DNA of 34,175 nt from an uncultured Collinsella sp. Its GTDB lineage: Bacteria > Actinomycetota > Coriobacteriia > Coriobacteriales > Coriobacteriaceae. A program made the position numbers and the translations under genes. The notes below the pieces were generated by a model. The model made no database searches and was not told where the DNA came from. It was given only the letters and a program-made list of their open reading frames with translations. Where the stretch lies: positions 1 through 34,175 of the forward strand of contig CABUVC010000001.1 of assembly GCA_902494855.1 (NCBI GenBank), given 5' to 3'. Shown here piece by piece: positions 1 to 8,836 of this stretch (position 1 is its first letter; the number at the start of each line of letters is the position of its first letter).

Positions 1-2
1 CC

Positions 3-1058
3 TGTGAAGCCCCTCAGCATCTGAGTGCCGAGGCCGTGCCGTATTTGGTCCTGCGCCGTCGCGATGGCGAGGGTGAGGACGCGCCGCTCGTGCCGCGTCT
101 GACGTCCGCCTCGCAGATCGAGGCCTATTCGACCTGCCCGCTATGCTGGTTCGTCTCGTACCGCGTGAAGCCCCAGTCGATCGACGCGGGCTTTGGCAAC
201 ATGGAAAAGGGCAACTTTGTCCACGACGTGCTGGAGTATCTGCATGCCCGTCTGCCCCAAGAGGGCATGGAGCGCGTGACGCCCGAGAATCTGCCGCGCG
301 CACAGGAGCTGCTGCACGAGGTCTTTGACGAGACGTTGGCCGAGCACGCCGGCAAGCGCGGCACGGAGGGCCCGCTGGTGCCGCTCTCTGCGGTGGAGGA
401 GCGCCAGGTGGCCGAGATCTTGCCGCAGCTGGAGGGTGTGCTTGCCTACGAGTCCGAGGCACTTGCCCCCTTTGCCCCGCGCTACCTGGAGTTCGCCTTC
501 AACGAGCTCAAGGTCGAGTATGCCGGTTGGCCGCTTGGCGGGCGCATCGACCGCGTGGACGTGGACGCCGAGAATCGTGCCGTGGTGATCGACTACAAGC
601 ATCGCACGGGCGTTGAGGAGTTTAAGCTCGCCGACCCCACGGTGCGCGACGAGGAATCGGGCACGGCGCCCATCGACGATCCGCGCTGGTTGCCACCACA
701 TACCCAAACGCTCATCTACGCCCAGGCCATGCGTCGGGCGCTGGGCCTAGATACCCGTGCTGCGCTCTATTTCTCGACCAAGGGCGGCAAGCCCGCGCTG
801 CGCGGCGCGGCGAGTGCCGAGTTGCTCGAGGAAGAGCGTGGTGACGGTCGCATCCCGGGCCTCAAGAAGGGTTTCCCGGGCGAGGGCGGCAGCATGGACT
901 TCGATGCCCTGCTCGACCGCGTGGAGACCGGCATTGCCGAGCGCCTGCGCGAGCTCGAGGCAGGTGACGTCGCCGCTGTCGACCCGACATCGGCGCAAGC
1001 CGCGCATGCGCGCTGTTCGTATAACCACCAAGGAACGTTTGTAAGGAGGGGCGTGTAG
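3..1058 (+). CDS. addB: AddB/RexB-like PD-(D/E)XK nuclease subunit, C-terminal part (5' end outside the window)
   Basis: Frame is open from the window edge (CEAPQHLSAEAVPY...). Motifs SASQIEAYSTCP, GNFVHDVLE, GRIDRVD, VIDYK and QTLIY. Lies 3 nt upstream of an AddA-like gene. Confidence 0.8.
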   Translation, partial: CEAPQHLSAEAVPYLVLRRRDGEGEDAPLVPRLTSASQIEAYSTCPLCWFVSYRVKPQSIDAGFGNMEKGNFVHDVLEYLHARLPQEGMERVTPENLPRAQELLHEVFDETLAEHAGKRGTEGPLVPLSAVEERQVAEILPQLEGVLAYESEALAPFAPRYLEFAFNELKVEYAGWPLGGRIDRVDVDAENRAVVIDYKHRTGVEEFKLADPTVRDEESGTAPIDDPRWLPPHTQTLIYAQAMRRALGLDTRAALYFSTKGGKPALRGAASAELLEEERGDGRIPGLKKGFPGEGGSMDFDALLDRVETGIAERLRELEAGDVAAVDPTSAQAAHARCSYNHQGTFVRRGV

Positions 1059-1061
1059 ACC

Positions 1062-4000
1062 ATGGATCTTTCGACTTTGATGCCGCAACAGCTGCAGATC
1101 GTCAAGACGCTCGACCGTCCGCTGTTTGTCTCGGCGGGCGCCGGTTCGGGCAAGACCTTTACCCTCACGCGCCGCATCGTCTACGCGCTCTCGCCCGAAT
1201 CCGGTCCGTTCGTCGAGCATCTGGACCAGGTGCTCGCCATCACCTTTACCAAGGATGCCGCGGCCGAGATTCGCGACCGCGTGCGCCGTGCGCTTATCGA
1301 CGAGGGCATGGACGAGGAAGCACTGACCGTCGACGACGCGTGGATTTCGACCATTCACGGCATGTGCTCGCGTATCCTGCGCGCGCATGCGCTGGAGCTG
1401 GGCATCGACCCCGAGTTCACGGTGCTCACCGATACCGACGAGCTTATGGACCAGGCTGTTGAGCATGTGCTGGCCCGCGCGACGGCGCCCGATGCCGCCC
1501 CCGAGCTCGCGGCATCGCTCAAGGCCCTCTATGCCTGGTATCCCATGGCGGGCGAGGGCGGTTCCTTTGGCACCGGCACGACCATCAAGGGCCTGGTGCG
1601 CGACCTGCTGGAGCTGTCGAGCCAGTTGCCGGGCGGTATGGACGACGTGTGCGTGGCGCGCGGCCAGGCCGATACCTCGGCACTCGCCGATGCCTATCGC
1701 GCAGCGCTGGGCGCAAGCAAGGCCGCGACCGAGAAGGCGCAGGTGGCACTCGACGCCATCGACGCGTTTGAGGCGAGCGGCAAAACCATGGAGGATGCGG
1801 CGCGACTCATGATGTCGTGCAGTATGCCTCGGGCGAGCAAGGCGTTTCCTAAGGAGCAGGTGGAGCTACTCAAGGCCGAGGCCGCCGATGCGTTTGTCAA
1901 TATCGTGCTTGCCTGCGGCGGCCCGGCGCTCGATGCGCTGGTGGGGCTTGCCCGTGCCGTAGAGGCGGAGTACCGTGCGCTCAAGGCCGACCAGTCCGCG
2001 CTCGATAACAATGACCTGCTGCGCATGGCGTACGAGGCGCTGCGCGACTACCCGGCTATTCGAGCTGCCTATGAGGGCCGCTTTAAGATGGTCATGATCG
2101 ACGAGTTCCAAGATACCGACCAGATGCAGGTCGATCTGATTCGCTATTTGACGGGTGCGGGCGAGCGCGCGCTGTGCACGGTGGGCGATGCGCAGCAGTC
2201 GATCTATCGCTTCCGTGGTGCCGAGGTCGAGGTGTTTCGCCGCCAGGAGCGCAAGGTGGGTTCGACGACGGCGTCCGAGACGGTCACCACGTCCGATGCT
2301 CCCGCCGGCGAGCTCGTCAAACTCGTGCGCAACTTCCGCAGCCACGACGAGGTGCTGCGCTATGTGGCGCGCGTCTTTGACGGCGACACCGGTGGTTTGA
2401 TGCAGGGGTTCTTGGATCTTGAACCGAGCGACAAACGCAAGGACATGCTCAAGGCAAAGGCTTCGCGCCGCCAGGCGCTGTTCGTTGCCGGCGGCAGTAT
2501 GCAGGAGCGCACGCAGGCCAAGGCCCGTGCGATCGCCGAGCGATTCCATGCGCTTGCCGATGCCGGCCAGCCCCAGGGCGGCATGGTGCTGCTGCTGGGT
2601 CGCATGACCAATGCCGGCGTCTACGCGCAGGCCTTCCGCGACCAAGGACTCGACTGCGTCATCGCAGGCGGCTCGGTCTTTGCCCAGGCGGCCGAGGTGC
2701 AGACGGTGCGTGCCCTGGTCTGCGCGCTCGCCAATCCGGCCGATACGGCCCAAGGCCTTATGCCGTTGCTGGCCTCGCCGATGTTTGCACTCGGCGCCCA
2801 GGAGTTCCTGGCGCTGGCGACCAAGCTCGACGAGCAGACGGGCGAGACGTCGCGCCGCAATATCGATGTGGGCATCATGAGCGATTCCGATGTGCCGGGT
2901 TTGCAGAACCTGCCGCTCGTGACGCGTGCCCGCGAGGTGCTGCGCTACGCGCTTCGTCGCGTGGGACGCGATTCGTTCGCCGCCATCGCGCGCGATGTGG
3001 TCAATGCCTCCGGCTGGTTCGTGCGTCTGGCGCAGCGCGGCCCCGAGGGCAAGGCCATTGCCGCCAACGTGCTCAAGGCGCTCGACGCCGTGGCCGAGGC
3101 AGAGGCCGAGCTCGGCAATTCTCCGCGCTCCATCGCGCTCGCCTTCGACCGCTTCTTGGCGGGCAAGGAGGCCCCGGGCGCCCTCAACGAGGAGGGCGAC
3201 GGCGCGGTGCGCATCATGACCGTGCATGCGTCCAAGGGCCTGGAGTATCCGGTCGTGGCGGTTGCCGAGTGTTTTGGCGTGCGTAAGTCCTCGGGTGCGG
3301 CACAGATGGGCCGCGTCGAGGGCGGAGCACAGGTCGTGGCACTGCCGGCGCGCTTCGACGGCGTTAAGCTCGCCGACGGTACCTTTGTGAAGGGCGACGA
3401 CGTCAAAAAGCAGTTTGAGCATGCGTTTAAGGGCAAGGGCACGTCGCTGTGGCTGCCGCCGGAGCTCATGGAGGACGTCTGTGCGACGGGTTCTCCCGCC
3501 GAGGCATTTGCTCGCCTGCGCAACGACGACCTGCAGCTTTCGCTCGAGGAGCGGGCCCGCTTGCTCTATGTTGCCATGACGCGTGCGCGCGAGCTGGTGA
3601 TCTTGGCGATGGATACCGGCGTGAGCCGTGGCAAGGTGACGGCGCCGACCTTCGACGTTGAGACCGATCTGACCTACGATGTGCTGCGCCGTATTTTGCC
3701 GACCGACGCTCTGGACATGCCGCAGCTCGATGCCGACCGCCTGGTGTTCGACAACTCCCAGCCGGGCGACTACGAGCTCATTTCGCTCGCGGGCTTTACC
3801 TTTGGCGAGCAGGCGTTTGAGGCCAACGCTTCGCTGGATGCCGAGGGCAGGCTTGTTCGTGGCGATGCCGATACAGATGCTGCCGACGATTCGGCCAGTA
3901 CAATCGTCCCCGGTCCTGCCGACCCCAAGCCCGATTCGTTTGAGCTCGTGTATCCCCAGGCAGTGGGCGTGCGCATGGGCATCTGTCCGTTCCCGGTGCG

Positions 4001-4694
4001 TGACTCGTATAGCTACTCGTCAATTGCCGTGGCGCTGCATGCCGAGTCCGAGGACCGTGCCGCCGAGGCGCTTGTTCCCATGGACGAGTCCGGCGATGAT
4101 GCGGAGTCGGATGGCTCGGAGATGGCCGATGCGGACGTGGCTGCTGTCGAGCCCGCCGGCAACCCCATGGCGCTGGGCTCGGCCTTCCACGCCGCTTGCC
4201 AGTGGCTCATCGAGATGGGTGCCGATGCGCTGCCCGTTGAGCGTGCCGACGCCCTGGCTCGCTTGTGGCGCCTGACGCCGGAACAGCGCGAGCGCTTCGA
4301 TGTCGCTCTGGATCGCTGGCTCAAGTCGTCGGTTCGTGCCGAGCTGCTCGCGTGGCCGTGCATCCGTGCCGAGGTGCCGTTCTTCTCGCTGGGCTGCGAG
4401 GACGAGGATATCGCCCGCTACGGCGCCTATGCCGAGGGCGCCATCGATGCCTTGGCAACCGACCCGGCGGATCCGTCGCGCGCACTGGTCATCGACTACA
4501 AGACGGGTGGCACGCCGGATGAGACGCCGGAGCAGCTGCTCGAGAAACACGCCTTGCAGGCGCGCGTTTACGCCGACGTTCTGCACAAGGCGGGCTTTGA
4601 GGTCGTGACCGTCAAGTTCGTTCGCGTGGAGCGGGCGAATCCAACCATCTTCGTCAATCCCGCCGAACCTCAAGTGGTCACCTACAATCTCTAG
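1062..4694 (+). CDS. addA: AddA/RexA-like UvrD-family (SF1) helicase with C-terminal RecB-type nuclease
   Basis: AGAGSGKT, ITFT, TIHG, DEFQDT, GDAQQSIYRFRGA, NFRS, TVHASKGLEYP, RLLYVAMTRA; nuclease motifs GAIDAL, VIDYKTG, QARVY. RBS AGGAGG upstream. Confidence 0.88.
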   Translation: MDLSTLMPQQLQIVKTLDRPLFVSAGAGSGKTFTLTRRIVYALSPESGPFVEHLDQVLAITFTKDAAAEIRDRVRRALIDEGMDEEALTVDDAWISTIHGMCSRILRAHALELGIDPEFTVLTDTDELMDQAVEHVLARATAPDAAPELAASLKALYAWYPMAGEGGSFGTGTTIKGLVRDLLELSSQLPGGMDDVCVARGQADTSALADAYRAALGASKAATEKAQVALDAIDAFEASGKTMEDAARLMMSCSMPRASKAFPKEQVELLKAEAADAFVNIVLACGGPALDALVGLARAVEAEYRALKADQSALDNNDLLRMAYEALRDYPAIRAAYEGRFKMVMIDEFQDTDQMQVDLIRYLTGAGERALCTVGDAQQSIYRFRGAEVEVFRRQERKVGSTTASETVTTSDAPAGELVKLVRNFRSHDEVLRYVARVFDGDTGGLMQGFLDLEPSDKRKDMLKAKASRRQALFVAGGSMQERTQAKARAIAERFHALADAGQPQGGMVLLLGRMTNAGVYAQAFRDQGLDCVIAGGSVFAQAAEVQTVRALVCALANPADTAQGLMPLLASPMFALGAQEFLALATKLDEQTGETSRRNIDVGIMSDSDVPGLQNLPLVTRAREVLRYALRRVGRDSFAAIARDVVNASGWFVRLAQRGPEGKAIAANVLKALDAVAEAEAELGNSPRSIALAFDRFLAGKEAPGALNEEGDGAVRIMTVHASKGLEYPVVAVAECFGVRKSSGAAQMGRVEGGAQVVALPARFDGVKLADGTFVKGDDVKKQFEHAFKGKGTSLWLPPELMEDVCATGSPAEAFARLRNDDLQLSLEERARLLYVAMTRARELVILAMDTGVSRGKVTAPTFDVETDLTYDVLRRILPTDALDMPQLDADRLVFDNSQPGDYELISLAGFTFGEQAFEANASLDAEGRLVRGDADTDAADDSASTIVPGPADPKPDSFELVYPQAVGVRMGICPFPVRDSYSYSSIAVALHAESEDRAAEALVPMDESGDDAESDGSEMADADVAAVEPAGNPMALGSAFHAACQWLIEMGADALPVERADALARLWRLTPEQRERFDVALDRWLKSSVRAELLAWPCIRAEVPFFSLGCEDEDIARYGAYAEGAIDALATDPADPSRALVIDYKTGGTPDETPEQLLEKHALQARVYADVLHKAGFEVVTVKFVRVERANPTIFVNPAEPQVVTYNL

Positions 4695-4706
4695 TCCTCA
4701 GATAAC

Positions 4707-4769
4707 TTGCGGTGGAATACGGACTGTTTTGGTCAAAAAAGCCGCCAAACAGTCCGCATTTCACCGCAA
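4707..4769. repeat. Long imperfect inverted repeat between addA and dnaE (REP-like hairpin)
   Basis: TTGCGGTGGAATACGGACTGTTTTGG (4707-4732) vs CCAAACAGTCCGCATTTCACCGCAA (4745-4769): 2 mismatches and 1 indel. Outer TCCTC/GAGGA at 4695-4699 and 4776-4780. Confidence 0.8.
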
Positions 4770-4821
4770 CTGCAAGAGGAGCCGTGTGGGTTTGGGCTAG
4801 GTTCGGGTGCCGTCCGCGCTG

Positions 4822-4832
4822 TGCGGTAGAAT
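4822..4832 (+). promoter_or_regulatory. Putative -10 element of dnaE promoter
   Basis: TGCGG-TAGAAT about 40 nt upstream of the dnaE ATG; a similar GGTAGAAT precedes the gene at 19375. Confidence 0.45.
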
Positions 4833-4872
4833 CGTAACCCTAAGATCACGAACCCGCATCGGAGCTCATTAC

Positions 4873-7800
4873 ATGGCATTCGTCCATCTGCACAATCACA
4901 CTGTTTTCTCCATGCTCGACGGCGCAACCCGTATCCAGGATATGGTCAACCGTGCCGTTGAGCTTGGCATGCCCGCCGTTGCCATTACCGACCACGGCTA
5001 CATGTATGGCGTGCCCGACCTGGCGCTGGCCTGCGACGCCGTTAACCACAACACGCCCGAGTACAAAACCTGGAGTCACGACAAGGCCTTCTTGGAAAAG
5101 GACCGCCGCGACGAGCTGGTGGAGCCCGACCCCGAGGCAAACCCGCGCGAGCATGCCCAGTACGTCAAGGACATGGCCATGTGGGACGAGAAGGGCAACA
5201 TCGACGAGCTCAAGCCGCCCCTGGTCATTAAACCCATCTTTGGCTGCGAGGTCTACTTTACGCCGGACGAGACCCTTGCCCGCGACCACAAGCCCGAGCT
5301 CTACCATATGATCCTCCTGGCCAAAGACCAGGAAGGCTACGTCAACCTGATGCAGACGGTCTCCGAGGCCGCCGTGCAGGGCTTTTACTACAAGCCGCGT
5401 GTGACGCTCGACAACCTGCGCCGCCATGCCAAGGGCATGATCTGCACGAGCGCCTGTATCGCGGGCATCATCCCCAAATACATCGACCGCGGCGACATGG
5501 AAGGCGCCATCAAGTGGGCCGAGACCTTCCGTGATACCTTCGAGCCCGGCGACTTCTACATCGAGATCCAGGAACACGGCATCACCACCGACAACGGCCT
5601 GACCGACGAGCAGATGGACCGCACGCTCATCGATATCGCCAAGCAGGTGGGCGTCAAGGTCATCGCCACCAACGATTTCCACTACCTGCGCCGCGAGGAC
5701 GCGCCGGTGCAGGACGTCATCATGTGCATTGGCATGAACGCCAAGGTCGACGACCCCAACCGCATGCGCATGACCGGCTCGGAGTTTTATATGAAGACCG
5801 AGGAGGAGATGCGGGCGATGTTCCCGTATTGCCCCGAGGCCTGCGACAACACACTCGAGATCGCCGACAAGTGCTACGTGGAGCTGGACTGGGATTCCAT
5901 CATCCTGCCGCGCTTCCCGCTGCTCGATCCCGGCGAGACGCACGAGAGCCAGTTCCGCCGCGAGTGTGAGAAGGGCCTGCGCCAGCACTATGGTGACGAC
6001 TGGGCCACGCGCGAGATCGGTGGCGTCAACATCAAAGAGCGCTTTGAGTACGAATACAAGGTCATCTGCGACAAGGGCTTTGCCGCCTACTTTTTGATCG
6101 TCGCCGAGTACGTGCAATGGGCCAAGGACAACGGCATCGGCGTCGGCCCCGGCCGTGGCTCGGCCGCCGGCGCTATCGTCGCCTACGCCATGAACATCAC
6201 CGCGTTCGACCCGCTCGAGAACGGCCTGATGTTCGAGAGGTTCCTGTCCCCGCAGCGTACCGAGATGCCCGATATCGATATGGACTTCGACGATGAGCGG
6301 CGCCTCGAGGTCGTGGAGCACGTTCGCCAGCTCTATGGCCCCGAGAAGGTCACCCACGTCATCACCTACTCGACCATCAAGGCTAAGCAGGCCATCAACG
6401 ACGCCGCGCGCGTTCTGGATTACCCGGTCTACATGGGCCAGCGCCTGTCCAAGATGGTCTCGAGCGACCCCAAGGTCAAGCTCAAGCAGGTGCTCGAAAA
6501 GCAACCCGGCAAAGAGGATCTGTTTAACCCCGACTTTGCCGAGGCCTATAAAAAGGATGACGACGCCCGCCGCATCATCGACACGGCGCTCTCTATCGAG
6601 GGCCTCACTCGTGGCGAGGGCGTGCACGCGTGCGCCGTTCTGATCTGCCGCGACCCCGTCAACGAGCACGTACCCACCAAGCTCGATACCAAGGGCGGCG
6701 TCGAGATTACCCAGTACGAGGGTCATACCGTTGCCGACATGGGCCTGCTCAAGATGGACTTCCTGGGCCTGCGCACGCTGACGGTTATCTCTAAGGCCAA
6801 GGCCAACATCAAAAAGAACTTCGGCATCGACATCAAAGAGGAAGAGATTCCCTTTGACGATCCCGAGATCTTTAAGCTCATGGGCTCCGGCCACACCGCC
6901 GGCGTCTTCCAGGTCGAGTCCGCCGGCATGACGGCCACGATCAAGAACATGAAGCCCACCGAGTACAAGCACGTCGTGGCATTGATCGCCCTGTACCGCC
7001 CGGGCCCGCTGGGCGCCGGCATGGTTTCGTCCTACATCAACCGTATGAACGGCAAGGAGCCGGCCGTCTCCTATGACGACCGTCTGGACGACATCCTGGG
7101 CGAAACCTACGGCACCATGGTCTACCAGGAGCAGGTTATGCTCATCTCCGTCGAGATGTGCGGCTTCTCCAAGGGCGAATCGGACTCGCGTATCCGTAAG
7201 CCCGTGGCTAAGAAGAAGATCAAGCTGCTCACGTCGACGGTGCTCCACTGGGAGGATGGCTCGGACGAGACCACCTACGACCACTGGATGAACGGCGCCA
7301 TCAAGAACAACTACACGCGCGAGGTCGCCCAGAAGATTTGGGACGATGTTCTCGAGTTCGCGTCCTACGCCTTTAACAAGTCGCACTCCGCCGGCTACGC
7401 CATCCTGGTTATGCAGACGGCATGGCTCAAGGCGCACTATCCGCACGAGTACATGGCGGCCGTTCTGACGTCCTACACGGGCAAGACCGACAAGATCGTT
7501 CACTACGTCTCGGCGTGCCGTCACGACGGCATCCCCGTGCTGTCGCCAGATGTCAACGAGTCCGGTACCGAGTTCACGGCTACCAAGGAAGGCGTGCGCT
7601 TTGGTTTGGCCGGCATCCGCGGCGTGGGCACCGGCGTGGCGCAGGCGATTATCGCCGAGCGCGAGGCGGGCGGCCCGTTTAAGACGCTGCACGACTTTGT
7701 CGAGCGCGTGGACTCGAGCCAGGCTAACCGTCGCGTGATCGAATCGCTCATCAAGGCAGGCGCCTTCGACTCCACGGGGTATCCGCGGCGCCAGATGATG

Positions 7801-8676
7801 CACTTTGTGGATAAGAACAACCCCGAGAACATCATCGATGCAGCCGTGAAGCGCCAGAAGGATCGTGCGAGCGGCCAGACGTCGTTCTTCGACATGTTCG
7901 GCGACGTTGAGGGCTCGGGCTTTGAGGTGAGCGTGCCCGATCCGGATGGCCAGGAGTGGGACCGCCACCTTAAGCTGAGCCAGGAGAAGGAGGTTCTGGG
8001 CATCTATGTCTCGGACCATCCGCTGCGCCCGTTTGAGTATGCGCTAGCCAAGGCGCGCGACTTCTCGTTCTCGCAGATCGACACCGGCTACGAGGTGCAA
8101 AACCCCACGGGCGGTACCATCAACCAGGAGATTCCCGAGGGTAAGGCGCTGTGGTGGGCCGGTATGGTCTCGAGCGTGTCCAAGCGTGTGACCAAAAACG
8201 GCGACCCCATGGGCATCGTGCAGCTCGAGGACATGGAAGGCGAGGCCACCGTCGTCGTGTTCCCCAAGACCTATAAAGAGGCCGAGGGGTACCTGTACGG
8301 CGAGGTCGATCCCGAGACCGGTGCGCAGCTGTCCGATGCGTTTGTTCGCATTAAGGGCAAGCTCGAGCGTTCGGACCGCGGCGACCAGATCATCGCGCAG
8401 GAGATCGTGCCGCTTGAGCTTAACGAGGAGAACAACAAGCCCAAGGTGTTTGAGGTCATGGTGCCCAACAGCCGCTTTAGCCAGGGCAATATGGCGCGTC
8501 TTGCCACGGTGCTTACCGCCAACCCGGGCGGCGACCGCGTGGAGATCTTTATCGAGCAGGTGGACGGGCGCGTACTGCGTGCCGAGGTGCCGGCCAAGGT
8601 CAATGCGCGCTCGATTCCACTGCTGGCCGAGGCCAAGGCCATTGTGGGCAACCAGGGCCGCGTGACGGTTATCTAA
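4873..8676 (+). CDS. dnaE: DNA polymerase III alpha subunit
   Basis: Start moved to ATG 4873 (GGAG RBS). PHP motifs HLHNHT, AITDHG, GCEVY, YHMILL, SACIAG, TNDFHY; GPGRGSAAG; catalytic MPDIDMDF; KMDFLGL; YAFNKSHS; clamp-binding-like QTSFF. Confidence 0.97.
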   Translation: MAFVHLHNHTVFSMLDGATRIQDMVNRAVELGMPAVAITDHGYMYGVPDLALACDAVNHNTPEYKTWSHDKAFLEKDRRDELVEPDPEANPREHAQYVKDMAMWDEKGNIDELKPPLVIKPIFGCEVYFTPDETLARDHKPELYHMILLAKDQEGYVNLMQTVSEAAVQGFYYKPRVTLDNLRRHAKGMICTSACIAGIIPKYIDRGDMEGAIKWAETFRDTFEPGDFYIEIQEHGITTDNGLTDEQMDRTLIDIAKQVGVKVIATNDFHYLRREDAPVQDVIMCIGMNAKVDDPNRMRMTGSEFYMKTEEEMRAMFPYCPEACDNTLEIADKCYVELDWDSIILPRFPLLDPGETHESQFRRECEKGLRQHYGDDWATREIGGVNIKERFEYEYKVICDKGFAAYFLIVAEYVQWAKDNGIGVGPGRGSAAGAIVAYAMNITAFDPLENGLMFERFLSPQRTEMPDIDMDFDDERRLEVVEHVRQLYGPEKVTHVITYSTIKAKQAINDAARVLDYPVYMGQRLSKMVSSDPKVKLKQVLEKQPGKEDLFNPDFAEAYKKDDDARRIIDTALSIEGLTRGEGVHACAVLICRDPVNEHVPTKLDTKGGVEITQYEGHTVADMGLLKMDFLGLRTLTVISKAKANIKKNFGIDIKEEEIPFDDPEIFKLMGSGHTAGVFQVESAGMTATIKNMKPTEYKHVVALIALYRPGPLGAGMVSSYINRMNGKEPAVSYDDRLDDILGETYGTMVYQEQVMLISVEMCGFSKGESDSRIRKPVAKKKIKLLTSTVLHWEDGSDETTYDHWMNGAIKNNYTREVAQKIWDDVLEFASYAFNKSHSAGYAILVMQTAWLKAHYPHEYMAAVLTSYTGKTDKIVHYVSACRHDGIPVLSPDVNESGTEFTATKEGVRFGLAGIRGVGTGVAQAIIAEREAGGPFKTLHDFVERVDSSQANRRVIESLIKAGAFDSTGYPRRQMMHFVDKNNPENIIDAAVKRQKDRASGQTSFFDMFGDVEGSGFEVSVPDPDGQEWDRHLKLSQEKEVLGIYVSDHPLRPFEYALAKARDFSFSQIDTGYEVQNPTGGTINQEIPEGKALWWAGMVSSVSKRVTKNGDPMGIVQLEDMEGEATVVVFPKTYKEAEGYLYGEVDPETGAQLSDAFVRIKGKLERSDRGDQIIAQEIVPLELNEENNKPKVFEVMVPNSRFSQGNMARLATVLTANPGGDRVEIFIEQVDGRVLRAEVPAKVNARSIPLLAEAKAIVGNQGRVTVI

Positions 8677-8689
8677 AATGATTTTGCTG

Positions 8690-8816
8690 GGGTAGCTAAT
8701 TTGGGACGGGGCTATTTTAGCTACCCTTTGACTGACGGCGAATGAGCCAGGGTCGGAATACATCTCAACCGACATATGGGGGTAGCTAAAATAGCCCCGT
8801 CCCAAATTAGCTACCC
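8690..8816. repeat. Pair of identical 37-bp self-palindromic units in inverted orientation with a 53-bp spacer (REP/REPIN-like)
   Basis: GGGTAGCTAATTTGGGACGGGGCTATTTTAGCTACCC (8690-8726) is the exact reverse complement of 8780-8816. Each unit also has its own 10-bp stem GGGTAGCTAA/TTAGCTACCC. Confidence 0.92.
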
Positions 8817-8836
8817 TGTGTGGATTGGAGGAAGTG

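Noticed and set aside
5047..5226. Possible intein in DnaE
   Set aside because: Too short, lacks C/S...HN-C/S/T termini, and is not at a conserved catalytic motif.
4846..8019. 1057-aa minus-strand ORF, and similar long ORFs at 1866-3422, 17653-19083, 30796-32154 and 32889-34001
   Set aside because: Antisense shadows of well-supported high-GC genes, explained by codon bias; no recognisable motifs.
8690..8816. CRISPR mini-array (37-bp repeats with a 53-bp spacer)
   Set aside because: The repeats are inverted, not direct; only two copies; no cas genes.
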